From Nitrososphaera sp. (GTDB lineage Archaea > Thermoproteota > Nitrososphaeria > Nitrososphaerales > Nitrososphaeraceae), in assembly GCA_052038215.1 (NCBI GenBank), contig JBQGBZ010000063.1:1-60690 (forward strand): 60,690 nt of DNA, in the 5' to 3' direction. The notes under the pieces were generated by a model, which was given only the letters and a program-made list of their open reading frames with translations, was not told where the DNA came from and made no database searches. The translations under genes and the position numbers were made by a program. Below, piece by piece: positions 1-10,245 of this stretch. Each line of letters begins with the position of its first letter. Position 1 is the first letter of the stretch.

Positions 1-423
1 GAGCCATGTTCTATGTCACTCCCCTGTAAGTCTATATGTTGCCAATTCAGGGTATGTAAGCCTTTCGTCTCTAACCTGAGAGGAAAATACAAGTCTTCCA
101 CATGATAGCTTTAAAATAGTGTCCTGGATGGCAATTCTAATTCTCTTGAATTCATCTCGCGCTAGGAAACATTTGTTTCACCTCTTTTGCGTTCGATTCA
201 TTCGAGCAATTTCAAGAATCCATATTAATTATCATGCAATGCCAGTATGCAGGCTCTATTTTCGAGATGGCGCTAAATTAAGACAAGAAAGTAGTTTTGT
301 TATTGTTAGCAATAGGTTTATTGGCGTCACATTTTGCAACATATTCGAATGATTCCTAGTCGCCTTGCGATTTGAATAGTGTTACCTTTTTTATATTATT
401 ACTTTTCCTTGTCTCCTTGACAG

Positions 424-1167
424 TTGGATTTGCCTCGCTTTATTCACATAAGACGTCAGACTGTTTCAGCAATATCATCACTTAATGTCAAGCTAGTAGC
501 TGAGGAGATTGACAAGGTTTTTCCAAGCTACAAGATAGACTTCAGACCGCCCTTCCCCCATGAGAATAAGATGGCAGAGCAGGCAAGAATAATAGACCTC
601 AAACAGCCCTTCGAAAAACAACGAAACCAAGGACATGACAGCAGCGATAGCATCAATAAGTCAGAAATTCCGCTGTATGACGGATTTGTTATGCAGAGGA
701 TATTTGCAGAAATGATACCTATTTCAGAACTGAGCCTAGATCATATCCACATCATATTCACTGCGCTTTTGCCTTGCACCTTTAGCGAAGATGACTGGCG
801 CTATCATGGTCGTGCTGTCATATGCGGCACACCTTCAATCATTTCTACAACGGGCATAGTCGAGGCTATAGCAAAGCCACGAGAATATTATCTTTCTCAG
901 CTCGTGAGTAGGATAGAAGATGTTGCTAATTTGAAGAAAAAATTTGCAGGAAGGTTCATTGACTATGATGATGAGAAAAAAATTACTGCAGCATCCATAA
1001 ATTATGCCCTGCAGGCGATATTCTTCTTTATTGCTGAAGGGGAACCTTTTTGCGCTGACAAAGATTGTAGACTATTTAACGCACACTGGCAGGAGGATCT
1101 GATACATACGATTGAAAAACGAATGTTATGCCCCTATCACAGAAACATGGCAAATAAATTTTCTTAG
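424..1167 (+). CDS. Conserved archaeal protein, putative metallopeptidase-like (DUF6775-like)
   Basis: 247-aa ORF with RYHGRAVICG, GIVEAxAKPREYY and a Cys/His cluster (FC..KDCRLFNAHWQ..LC..H) resembling archaemetzincin-related proteins; no HEXXH motif. Confidence 0.6.
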   Translation: MDLPRFIHIRRQTVSAISSLNVKLVAEEIDKVFPSYKIDFRPPFPHENKMAEQARIIDLKQPFEKQRNQGHDSSDSINKSEIPLYDGFVMQRIFAEMIPISELSLDHIHIIFTALLPCTFSEDDWRYHGRAVICGTPSIISTTGIVEAIAKPREYYLSQLVSRIEDVANLKKKFAGRFIDYDDEKKITAASINYALQAIFFFIAEGEPFCADKDCRLFNAHWQEDLIHTIEKRMLCPYHRNMANKFS

Positions 1168-1309
1168 GTCAGTCAAGAGCGAACTAGAAGATTTTAGCTA
1201 TTCGAGTCCATTATATTTAGTTTCAGCTTATGATTTATTTCGCCTTTCATGTAAGGTTATTTTTCATTTTTTACCTGGGTTCCGAACGAATTATTAAGAG
1301 GTGTAGAAA

Positions 1310-2284
1310 TTGTCACTTTGTAATTTGTCCGACAGCCAATCAGGCAGTTTTAGGGATCGGAAGCACTTTGACGTAGTTATAATTGGCTCTGGACCCGCAG
1401 GCTATACTGCCGGCATTTATACCTCTCGTGCCAATCTGGGAACTCTCATCATATCAGGCACTCTGCCTGGCGGCCAGCTTATGACTACGAGTGAGGTAGA
1501 AAATTACCCTGGCTTTCCAAACGGGATATTTGGACCTGAGTTGATGATGAACATGCGCCAACAAGCAGAAAGATTTGGCGCAGTAATTGTCGATGACGAG
1601 GTACTCAAGGTTGACTTCAAGAAAAGACCTTTTACAATCACAACTCATGCTGAGACGTATACTGCAGAAGCAACCTTAGTCTGCACAGGCGCGTCTCCCC
1701 GAAAGCTTGGTATTCCTGCAGAGCAGCAATTTAGCGGCAGAGGTGTCTCATATTGTGCGACTTGCGATGGCCCATTCTTCAAAGGCGAAAACATTGTAGT
1801 CGTCGGTGGCGGCGATACTGCAATGGAAGAAGCAACGTTTCTTACAAAGTTTGGTAGGTCAGTAAGAATAGTTCACAGACGCGATTCATTGCGCGCTAGC
1901 AAGATCCTTCAGCAAAAGGCGCTTGAAAACCCTAAGATTGAGTTTATTTGGAATAACGTTGTAGCAGACATCAAGGGAAACAATAAGATTTCAACCGTAC
2001 TAGTCAAAGACATCAATACGGGTAAGGAAAGACTTATCGAAACAGGTGGCTTATTTGTGGCAATAGGCCATGAGCCGAATACTGCGATTTTCAATGGACA
2101 ACTCGAGCTTGACGATAAGGGCTATATCATCCTCAAGCAACACACAAGGACCAGCGTTGAAGGTGTGTTTGCAGCTGGAGATGTTCATGACCATAGATAC
2201 AGACAGGCCGTAACTGCGGCAGGTTTTGGTTGCATGGCAGCAATTGATGTAGAAAAGTGGCTTTCTGAAGTAAAACATAGTTGA
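1310..2284 (+). CDS. trxB: Thioredoxin-disulfide reductase
   Basis: GSGPAG FAD motif, redox-active CATCD, GGGDTA NADPH motif, GVFAAGD. Confidence 0.97.
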   Translation: MSLCNLSDSQSGSFRDRKHFDVVIIGSGPAGYTAGIYTSRANLGTLIISGTLPGGQLMTTSEVENYPGFPNGIFGPELMMNMRQQAERFGAVIVDDEVLKVDFKKRPFTITTHAETYTAEATLVCTGASPRKLGIPAEQQFSGRGVSYCATCDGPFFKGENIVVVGGGDTAMEEATFLTKFGRSVRIVHRRDSLRASKILQQKALENPKIEFIWNNVVADIKGNNKISTVLVKDINTGKERLIETGGLFVAIGHEPNTAIFNGQLELDDKGYIILKQHTRTSVEGVFAAGDVHDHRYRQAVTAAGFGCMAAIDVEKWLSEVKHS

Positions 2285-2452
2285 AAAGATCGCAGAATAT
2301 AACCATGCGTGGTGTTTTCTACAGAGAGCAGAAGTTGTGCCAGCTGGCTTATCAACTCATGCCCAGAGAATATGTCTTGTCATGAGATACATCATGTTCT
2401 TCACGTCTTGAAGGCAATCTATGGAGTAATACAGGTAAGATTAGCCTTCAAG

Positions 2453-3451
2453 TCATAAATAAGCCACATTTGGCAGATATTTTGCACTCTTAAGGGCCTT
2501 GTCATATTCCTGCTCGGTCAGGATTTTTTCCCGTAGGTAAAGGCTCCTGAATTTTCTGCCATCATCTGCGAAAATGCCAACAACAATACCATAGTCTAAG
2601 TCATGCGCCAGCTTCAACATTGAAGTCATAACAGATCCTGACGAAGGACCAACAAGCATAGTCTCCTTTTCCACAAGCTGCCTTACCGCTTCAAATGAAT
2701 CCTTGTTAGTTGCAGTCATCCACTCGTCTACTACACCTAGGCGCCGTTTGAAAAGCTCTGGGATCGCGGATTCTTCAAAGTTTCGCAATCCCTGCAGAAG
2801 ATGGTTCTTTTGTGCCTGTATAGCGATAACACGGATGTCTCTGTTCTTTTCTTTTAGAAATGTTCCAGTGCCAGTTATTGTCCCCCCCGTTCCACAGCCA
2901 GTAACAAAGTGAGTCACGGTTCCGTCTGTCTGCTCCCAGATCTCAGGGCCAGTGCTCTCATAATGAGACAAGAAATTAGCGTCGTTATCATACTGGTTTG
3001 GCATGTAGTAAATATCAGGCCTTGGCTTTGAGATAGCCTTTGCAAGCGCAATACTCTGATCCGTGCCGGCGCCTACTCGAGGGCATAAATCATCAGATGT
3101 TTCATGAATGGTTGCTCCCAGGTTGCGTAGAATATTTTTTGTTTCTTCGCTTACCTTTTCAGGGATAACAATTTCTACTTTGTAGCCAAGTGCAGAGGAT
3201 ATCCCTGCTAGCGCAATACCAGTGTTGCCGGATGAAGGCTCAATAATAATGCTCTTATCTTTCTTCAAAGTTCCCATCCTTTCTGCATGTTTTATCATCC
3301 AGTATGCAGCCCTATCCTTTACAGAGCCAAAGGGGTTATGCCACTCTAATTTAGCATACAGCTTGACATTCTCGGTAGAAAACGAGCCAAGCTCAACCAA
3401 TGGAGTCTGCCCAATTTGTTCTACAACATCAGGCCTTCCAACTAACGTCAT
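2453..3451 (-). CDS. PLP-dependent cysteine synthase family (CysK/CysM/O-phosphoserine sulfhydrylase)
   Basis: KLEWHNPFGSVKDR PLP lysine, SSGNTG, NQY, GCGTGGT. Confidence 0.92.
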   Translation of the reverse strand: MTLVGRPDVVEQIGQTPLVELGSFSTENVKLYAKLEWHNPFGSVKDRAAYWMIKHAERMGTLKKDKSIIIEPSSGNTGIALAGISSALGYKVEIVIPEKVSEETKNILRNLGATIHETSDDLCPRVGAGTDQSIALAKAISKPRPDIYYMPNQYDNDANFLSHYESTGPEIWEQTDGTVTHFVTGCGTGGTITGTGTFLKEKNRDIRVIAIQAQKNHLLQGLRNFEESAIPELFKRRLGVVDEWMTATNKDSFEAVRQLVEKETMLVGPSSGSVMTSMLKLAHDLDYGIVVGIFADDGRKFRSLYLREKILTEQEYDKALKSAKYLPNVAYL

Positions 3452-3458
3452 CTCCCTT

Positions 3459-3695
3459 CTATTTCGCCTTCTTTATCACGAATTCAAGATCTTTATCATT
3501 CTTATTTAACGATATCAGTTGGTGACCGTTGCGATTAACCCATCTAGAGATATCCTCCTCCGACTCGGGGTCATCTGCAACTATCTTGAGTGTATCGCCA
3601 ATCTTGAGGCGCTCGACTTCCATCTTGGTGCGGAAGACTGGCTCAGGACAGTAAAGCCCCCTTACGTCAATTGACTTGGTAGCAGAATCACTCAT
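3459..3695 (-). CDS. tusA: TusA/SirA-family sulfur carrier
   Basis: IDVRGLYCPEP motif; start placed at MSDSATK (3695) rather than 3728. Confidence 0.9.
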   Translation of the reverse strand: MSDSATKSIDVRGLYCPEPVFRTKMEVERLKIGDTLKIVADDPESEEDISRWVNRNGHQLISLNKNDKDLEFVIKKAK

Positions 3696-3748
3696 AGTAA
3701 CGAACCAGCTGAAATTATATAGTATCATAATATTAAGTGTTACAGTTT

Positions 3749-4501
3749 CTAACGGAAAAGATCTCGATCCTTTGCCCGAAGTAGAGATTTGATGGAGGCC
3801 TTTGATGTTTTTTCAAAGTTATAGCCTCGGATTATAGCCACGGGCGTACTTTCAGACTTACCCATTACAAGCTCTGACGCAGAAGCTATCTCATCTGCCA
3901 CTGCAATTTCAGTTACTCTCAATTTTCTGCCATACATGTCATATGTTCCAATGTAGCTCTTAATCGGGTTTATTCCTGCTATGCCTATTGCAACATTTGT
4001 TTGGCCATTTCTAAATGTTCGGCCGAAAGTATCGGTTATAATCACTGCCACCTCCTTACCGACTTTTTTCTTTACCGCATGCCGGACCCTGTCTGCAGAC
4101 TCGTCAGGGGCAAGAGGCAACAGCACTGCAGTATCACCTTTTACATTGCTTTGATCAACACCAGCGTTAGCACATACAAAGCCGTTTCTTGTTTCTGATA
4201 TAATTATGCCGTCTTTTGCACGTAAAATTTGTGAGGATTCCCTTAGTATCAACTCCATTATGCGTGGATCTTTATCATGTTCCTTTGCCATATTAATTGC
4301 CCTTGTGGAAGGCTCAATACTGTCAAGCTCTACAACACGTCCTTCTGCTTTTGATACAATTTTATGTGTGACAACGAGTATATCGCCATTCTGGATTTCT
4401 ATTTGACTACGATCTATTGCTTCAAGGATAATTACGCTAAGATCATTATGTATCAGAATCTCATTTGAAATTCGAATAGGGATTATCTGTATCAACTGCA
4501 C
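3749..4501 (-). CDS. cofE: Coenzyme F420-0:L-glutamate ligase
   Basis: KIVSKAEG, CANAGVDQSN, ITDTFGR, ADEIAS, GKSE..PVAIIRG, DLFR C-terminus. Confidence 0.95.
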   Translation of the reverse strand: MQLIQIIPIRISNEILIHNDLSVIILEAIDRSQIEIQNGDILVVTHKIVSKAEGRVVELDSIEPSTRAINMAKEHDKDPRIMELILRESSQILRAKDGIIISETRNGFVCANAGVDQSNVKGDTAVLLPLAPDESADRVRHAVKKKVGKEVAVIITDTFGRTFRNGQTNVAIGIAGINPIKSYIGTYDMYGRKLRVTEIAVADEIASASELVMGKSESTPVAIIRGYNFEKTSKASIKSLLRAKDRDLFR

Positions 4502-4537
4502 TGATTGAAAGATAGGAGTTAAAAAATGAGTTGGTTG

Positions 4538-5203
4538 CTAATGTCTCCTACTTGCTGCATTGATTAATACTGCCTCTCCAAAATTTTTCTTCAATAAGTT
4601 GAGGAGTAGGCTTAGGTCGCGCTTGTCAATGGAAACATCAGCTTTTTCCCTTACTATGTCCACAGGACAGAACCCTACAGTGTAGTCAGCCAGAGCAAAT
4701 AGCTTCAAGTCATTAGCACCATCTACTACCACTACTGTATCTTCCTTCCGGATGTCCCACTGCCTTATCGTGGATCTAATTGCAGCTGCCTTATCTGATG
4801 TAACATTAATTATTACATCCTCCAATTTGCCATCCTTAAACACTAATTCGTTAGAGAATATATTATCGATTCCAAGCTCGTCTTTTAGTCTGTCTGTGAT
4901 TATTGTAAAACCACCAGACACTGCAATCATTTTCCATTCTGCCTTCTTGAGCGCAGAACAAAGCTCTTTTGCGCCCGGCATTAGTGGTAGACTCTCTCCT
5001 ATATTCTTGGCATCTTCATAACTAATGCCCCTCAGCGCCCGCACTCGGCTCTTGAGTCCCTCTTCCCAGTCGATCTCTCCTCTGATGCCTGCGTTGGTGA
5101 TGTCCCAAATCTCCTTCTCTTTTCGAGGACCCATGACCTGAGCTAAAACTGGAAGGTACTCAGCGTTAAGCAGAACACCCTCCACATCAAAGATAATCAG
5201 CAT
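4538..5203 (-). CDS. serB: Phosphoserine phosphatase (HAD family)
   Basis: FDVEGVL motif I, VSGGF, DGANDL. Confidence 0.85.
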   Translation of the reverse strand: MLIIFDVEGVLLNAEYLPVLAQVMGPRKEKEIWDITNAGIRGEIDWEEGLKSRVRALRGISYEDAKNIGESLPLMPGAKELCSALKKAEWKMIAVSGGFTIITDRLKDELGIDNIFSNELVFKDGKLEDVIINVTSDKAAAIRSTIRQWDIRKEDTVVVVDGANDLKLFALADYTVGFCPVDIVREKADVSIDKRDLSLLLNLLKKNFGEAVLINAASRRH

Positions 5204-5266
5204 AGTATTTGCTTATGCAAAACAAATTCCTGTCAGTATATTAAGCTTCTCCACGTGTTTTTATTT

Positions 5267-6592
5267 TTAGTACTGCGCCCTTATCATCTTTTGCCTCTTG
5301 TTGTTGAGATAATCTGTTAACAGTACTTTGTCTATATCTGCAGGGTTGATGTAGTATGATCGCCCCTTGACATACTTTTCCATTTCATTGACATAACCAA
5401 GCAACGAGTCCTCTTCACTTATCATTATAGTATCAATTTCAATATTTTTTGAATGGACTTTTTTAGCCTCGACAATGGTACGGTCGCCAATATATTGGTC
5501 TACTTGCCTATAACGGTAGCAAAGGTAGACGAGCTCTCCTGATGCAATATCTAGATTCATGCTATGATCTTGCTTCACATCTTCAAGAGTCTGGCGGTCG
5601 GGTGTATAAAATTGAGAATAGGGCCGCTGTGATACAATTTTGTCTTGCTCGCTCTTGTCATCGATAAAACACGCGCTTGGATGACCATCAGTTACAAGCA
5701 CTAGGCGCTTATTGCTTGCGCCGTCCTTTTGCAATAGTTTGCTTGCAAGCCTGAATGCGGCCTGGTAGTTCGTGTAATGCAAAAAGTCAGAGCCGGGCTC
5801 AAAGGTTTTTAGATAAGGTATGTCATGCGGTGCCACCTTTGATGCAAGCGCTCCAAACCCCACAATATAGACAGAGTCGGAGGGAAAGAAATTACGGTTC
5901 AGCAAGTAGAGACTCCAAAGCGCACGCTTGGCGGCCTCAATTCTGCTCATGTCTCCATACATTGATGAATAGCGCATTGTAGAGCTAAGGTCTATACAAT
6001 ATACTACTGCGACACGAACATCCTGTATCGTCTCATATTCTTCAAAGTCATCGACATCAATTTGCAGAGGCAGCTTTAGATTACTACCATCCTTTGCCGT
6101 ACGCTGGATTGTGTTCAGTAAAGACTTTGGAACATTTAGCAACCTGATGTCGTCACCCAACTCATATTTTTTGGTAGTGTCCAACACAAGTGACCCCGAT
6201 CCAAGGTTTTGTGACTCGTGAGTGCCGTATTCACCAGCCTTGAGCGCCTTCATTACGTCACTAAGTATCTTGCTGCCTATTGCAGTAAAGCCCTTGGCAC
6301 TGAGCCATTTTGGAGAGTCCTTTAGATAGCCCTTTTGTATCAGGTATGCAACTAATGGCATACCAGAATCGTCTCGGCTATCTTCTCTTGAATCGTCCAG
6401 TGATCCCTTAGTCTGGTGCTGCTCGCTGTTTTCCTGTTGCTGATTTGAAAGTGAAGACATTACACCCTGAAGTGTCTGCTCAAGCTCCTGCAAACTAGGT
6501 GTCTTTTCCTTCAGCGCCTCCCTTCCTATTGCCTTGAACAGTCGGTCCATCAGATCTCTAGAGAGCTCCCGCTCATCTTGGCTATCTTGCAT
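5267..6592 (-). CDS. VWA domain protein, partner of the adjacent AAA+ ATPase
   Basis: MIDAS DLSSTM, TNYQAA, VTDGHPSA; start placed at MQDSQDE (6592) to avoid overlap with the upstream gene. Confidence 0.85.
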   Translation of the reverse strand: MQDSQDERELSRDLMDRLFKAIGREALKEKTPSLQELEQTLQGVMSSLSNQQQENSEQHQTKGSLDDSREDSRDDSGMPLVAYLIQKGYLKDSPKWLSAKGFTAIGSKILSDVMKALKAGEYGTHESQNLGSGSLVLDTTKKYELGDDIRLLNVPKSLLNTIQRTAKDGSNLKLPLQIDVDDFEEYETIQDVRVAVVYCIDLSSTMRYSSMYGDMSRIEAAKRALWSLYLLNRNFFPSDSVYIVGFGALASKVAPHDIPYLKTFEPGSDFLHYTNYQAAFRLASKLLQKDGASNKRLVLVTDGHPSACFIDDKSEQDKIVSQRPYSQFYTPDRQTLEDVKQDHSMNLDIASGELVYLCYRYRQVDQYIGDRTIVEAKKVHSKNIEIDTIMISEEDSLLGYVNEMEKYVKGRSYYINPADIDKVLLTDYLNNKRQKMIRAQY

Positions 6593-6653
6593 TTGATCCT
6601 GACCCTCTCTATTGAGGGGAAAATAAACGAATTTCTTACTGCCTAGGGCACGA

Positions 6654-8315
6654 TTATGCGAGATCATAGATGTAGTTATCCTTTTTGTCCAAGAGTGGAG
6701 GTTGGGTGTGCCGGAGACCTTCAAGTATTACCTCAGTCACAGATGCCGTAAATTCCCCGTCAAGGTCCTCACTCAGAGATATATTGTCTGTTTTTATTCC
6801 TAGTTGCAGTGCCTGCTCAGTAAGCTGTTTTTGCTCTTCTTTTACTCTAGCAATAGCTTCATTTACCACCTGTTCGAGTGCTGGAAAACTAGATAGCTGA
6901 GACTCATAGTCGGATTCAACACTCTTGTCACTGCGGCCATTCCCAACTATTGTTTGCGAAACCTGGAATGTCTTGTTCTTCGCAAAATCATTCTTGACTT
7001 TTGTCAACTGTTCTGGAGCTACCTTTTGGATGTATTCAACTGATAGTTCCTTTATCACGCTTTCAATGATAGAATCGAGCACATTCTTTCGGTTCTGGCG
7101 AGTGTCTTCCATCTCTGCAAGTTCAAATTTAGATGATTGGTGGATGCAGTGAATGTCACAAAAGCGAGGGATCGCCTTAATGCCATATACAATGGAGCGA
7201 GTACGTTCCGCTTCTCCTATCATCATCTCCATCGAATGTACTGACATTCTAACACTGACTCCCTTATCGTGATTCACATCATGGTGCATACGAGTCATCT
7301 GCGTTATCTTGGCTATTGTTTTTATCATAAATGCAGGCAGCACAACATTCTTAGCATCTGCGATCTTTGCTTCCTGAATAATGATTAACATCTCCTCTTC
7401 TACTGTCCTAGGATAGTGAGTGTCAATGTGGCTTCTCAGCCTGTCAAATAATGGCTCGATTACCTTACCAGAATGGGTATAGTCAACAGGGTTTGCAGTT
7501 GCAATTATTCTGACATCAGGTTTGAAAACGATCGGATATGCCCCTGTAGTAAACTTGCCCTCTTGAAGAACACTTAGTAGGGAGACTTGCTTTCGTGGAT
7601 CGAGCACAGGCAACTCGTCAATGCATAAAATGCCGTGCCTTGCCTGCAATAACTGACCTGCAGAATATGATTCGATATTGTAAAGCTCGATTCCCTTTTT
7701 GGCTATCTTTATTGCATCTATCTGCCCAACCAGATCCTTGACTGAAATGTCCGGCGTCGATAGTACATACTTGTATCTGTCGGTACCACTTACCCAGTCA
7801 ACCTTGGTCTCAAGCTTGTTCGCTCGAATAATATCCTCACATTCCGGTGACACCATGAATTCTGGCTTCATTCTCGAGATTTCAGTGTCGGTTAATAGTG
7901 CAATCAATTCATCTTCGGGAATCGATGTAGGAATATCGCTTGTTATTGTACCCCTTACTATCGGAATTCGAGAGAGGAGGTTCTGTGCTATTGCCTCTGC
8001 GATCTTGGTTTTGGCTTGCCCTATCTGTCCAACTAACAACATATCGTGACCCGAGAGGATTGCTCTATTGATGGCAGGAACTACATCATCATCGTAGCCG
8101 ATTATTCCAGGGAATGGGTGTTCCCCTTTTTTCAGTTTGGCAATCAGATTGGTTCGCATCTGCTCTTGAACAGTGACATGTTTGTAGCATATATTGAGAA
8201 GATCACCAAGTGTTTTAATTTGCTTATAATCCTCGGGCAGGCCTGACATTATTTCACTATACTTTGGTTTTGAAGAGTAAGAGCGATGAACTGTTTCCTG
8301 TATCCTGTCACTCAT
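6654..8315 (-). CDS. AAA+ ATPase, Mg-chelatase/MoxR-like
   Basis: Walker A variant GQIGQAKT, Walker B LCIDEL, ATANP sensor, LFDRL, GVSVR. Confidence 0.88.
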   Translation of the reverse strand: MSDRIQETVHRSYSSKPKYSEIMSGLPEDYKQIKTLGDLLNICYKHVTVQEQMRTNLIAKLKKGEHPFPGIIGYDDDVVPAINRAILSGHDMLLVGQIGQAKTKIAEAIAQNLLSRIPIVRGTITSDIPTSIPEDELIALLTDTEISRMKPEFMVSPECEDIIRANKLETKVDWVSGTDRYKYVLSTPDISVKDLVGQIDAIKIAKKGIELYNIESYSAGQLLQARHGILCIDELPVLDPRKQVSLLSVLQEGKFTTGAYPIVFKPDVRIIATANPVDYTHSGKVIEPLFDRLRSHIDTHYPRTVEEEMLIIIQEAKIADAKNVVLPAFMIKTIAKITQMTRMHHDVNHDKGVSVRMSVHSMEMMIGEAERTRSIVYGIKAIPRFCDIHCIHQSSKFELAEMEDTRQNRKNVLDSIIESVIKELSVEYIQKVAPEQLTKVKNDFAKNKTFQVSQTIVGNGRSDKSVESDYESQLSSFPALEQVVNEAIARVKEEQKQLTEQALQLGIKTDNISLSEDLDGEFTASVTEVILEGLRHTQPPLLDKKDNYIYDLA

Positions 8316-8655
8316 ATCGAAGATGGAGGTTTCTTAGTCAACACAGATTTAAAGATTGTTGAGAGCCAGTCAAAAATTTTATTGATAGTCATTTATGCGA
8401 GTTATGATATCCCGCCATAGTTGATCCTATGTAATTTAGAAAGCTTGACAGCCAGTAACTATTTTGCACCATATTACTACTCTTAACTCGTTCTTGCCCT
8501 CAATCAGAACTCTCATATTAAAAATTTTGATAGAAGTAATATGCAAATTCAATCTTTGAGCCCTGAGGATCTAAGGACAACACCATAAGTCCACGAACTC
8601 AATTTACCGTACCCAGCATGGTTTTTATTGCGGACTATTGTTTTGTGATTTCGCT

Positions 8656-9198
8656 TTGTCTGCATCAGAATATAAGCACATTCTCAGAATCGCTGGTAAA
8701 GACATTGAGGGCAGTAAGAAATTGATAGTTGCCCTTAGTGAAATTAAAGGTGTGGGCTATAATTTTGCTCAAATAATGACTCAGTCGCTCAACATCAATC
8801 CTAATTTGCGTGTTGGCTTTTTGACTGAAAATGATATCAGAGAGATCGAGCAGGCGATCTCCAACCCTACTAAGGCAGGAATCCCACAATGGTACCTTAA
8901 CAGAAGGAAGAACATGGATGATGGTTCTAACTATCACCTGATAACTTCAGATCTTGATTTTGCTGCTTCAAATGATATTGAGCGCGAAAAGCTGGTAATG
9001 AGTTGGCGTGGATATCGACATATGTTTGGGCTAAGAGTAAGAGGCCAATGCACTAGAACCACCGGCAGAAGAGGAGGAGCAGTAGGAGTCAAGAAAGTTA
9101 AAGCGATGCCTGGAGCTGCACCGACAGCAGTTACCGCTGGCGCGGGCCCAACTAGTCCAGCTCCAGCCCCACCATCAAAGGAACCGGATAAGAAATAG
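8656..9198 (+). CDS. rps13: 30S ribosomal protein uS13
   Basis: RIAGKDI, IKGVG, WYLNRRK, SWRGYRHMFGLRVRGQ.TRTTGR; TTG start at 8656 after a GTGA Shine-Dalgarno (ORF is open from 8638). Confidence 0.97.
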   Translation: MSASEYKHILRIAGKDIEGSKKLIVALSEIKGVGYNFAQIMTQSLNINPNLRVGFLTENDIREIEQAISNPTKAGIPQWYLNRRKNMDDGSNYHLITSDLDFAASNDIEREKLVMSWRGYRHMFGLRVRGQCTRTTGRRGGAVGVKKVKAMPGAAPTAVTAGAGPTSPAPAPPSKEPDKK

Positions 9199-9211
9199 AC
9201 AGTGGTGCTAA

Positions 9212-9721
9212 ATGGGAGATCCTCGTAAGGCAAAAAAAACTTTCCACAGGCCTAGAATGATCTGGACCACAGACCAGTTAAATGCAGAACTGTACATCAT
9301 GGGCTCTTACGGTCTTAGAAACAAACGCGAGCTCTGGAAGTCAGAGACTGAGGTAGCAAGGATCAGAAACCAGGCCCGTGCACTTTTGGCACTTTCAGCA
9401 GAACTGAGGGCAGAGAAGGAAAAGAGACTTTTGAATTTTTTGAACAGGCTGGGTCTTGCAAGAGAAGGCGCAACACTCGATGACATATTGAACCTGAAAG
9501 TTGAAGATTTGCTAGAACGACGTCTTCAGACAATAGTCATGAAAAAGACTGGTACCAGCTCACCCTATCAAGCAAGGCAGATAGTTAGTCATGGCCATGT
9601 TTCTATAGGCAACCGCAAGGTAAACATACCAGGCTACATAGTGAAGGCGGAAGAGGAACACCAGATATTAGTACATATTGAAATCCCGGGGGCTGCCGCA
9701 ACACAACCAGCATCAACATGA
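9212..9721 (+). CDS. rps4: 30S ribosomal protein uS4
   Basis: MGDPRK, YGLRNKRELWK, LERRLQTIV, QARQIVSHGH S4 domain. Confidence 0.97.
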   Translation: MGDPRKAKKTFHRPRMIWTTDQLNAELYIMGSYGLRNKRELWKSETEVARIRNQARALLALSAELRAEKEKRLLNFLNRLGLAREGATLDDILNLKVEDLLERRLQTIVMKKTGTSSPYQARQIVSHGHVSIGNRKVNIPGYIVKAEEEHQILVHIEIPGAAATQPAST

Positions 9722-10245
9722 TAGAATGAGGAAATAATAATACCATTTTTAGAATCATAAACTTGCATAATCTCGCATCTTTAGTGACTGGATTTCAATG
9801 CATATGAGACAAATGCAAGAGGCTATTTCTGAATACAAGTTGTTAATAGTGCCTGTATGAACCTTGTTAAAATTTGCTCGGATTTCGTGATCAAAATATT
9901 CAAAGTTCCGATATACCTTAAACAATGCAATAAATAGAATCTTACGAGTAGAGATATCAAATTCTTCTTTAGTTCATCAAAATACGAAACTGCAGGCATT
10001 CGTCGAAAAAAACACACAGTCGTCATCCTTGTATAGTTAAAGAGAGAGGCATTGAACTTTAACCAAGTTTGTAAGGATAAAGAGAAATAACATAAAACTC
10101 TCCAAAAGCCAAAGACAGCCCTGGTTTATTGCTACATATGAATCGAAGTAGGTAAAATGCGTCTTTGCAAGAAATGAAGATTCAAAAGAAGATTTCAGAC
10201 TGAATAGCTAAAGAAAAAAGAAGAAAAAAATTGATACAGGATATC

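Noticed and set aside
16-172. Minus-strand GAGGTGA Shine-Dalgarno plus ATG; a one-base shift would give a ~51-aa ORF (MFLARDEFKRIRIAIQD...)
   Set aside because: It needs a frameshift at codon 2 and has no recognisable family, so it cannot be supported without homologs.
8656-9721. rps13-rps4 not followed by rps11-rpoD
   Set aside because: Ribosomal operon fragmentation is, to my knowledge, common in this lineage; not treated as novel.
9722-10245. Long AT-rich intergenic region with a 67-aa ORF
   Set aside because: No motif, RNA structure or repeat recognised.
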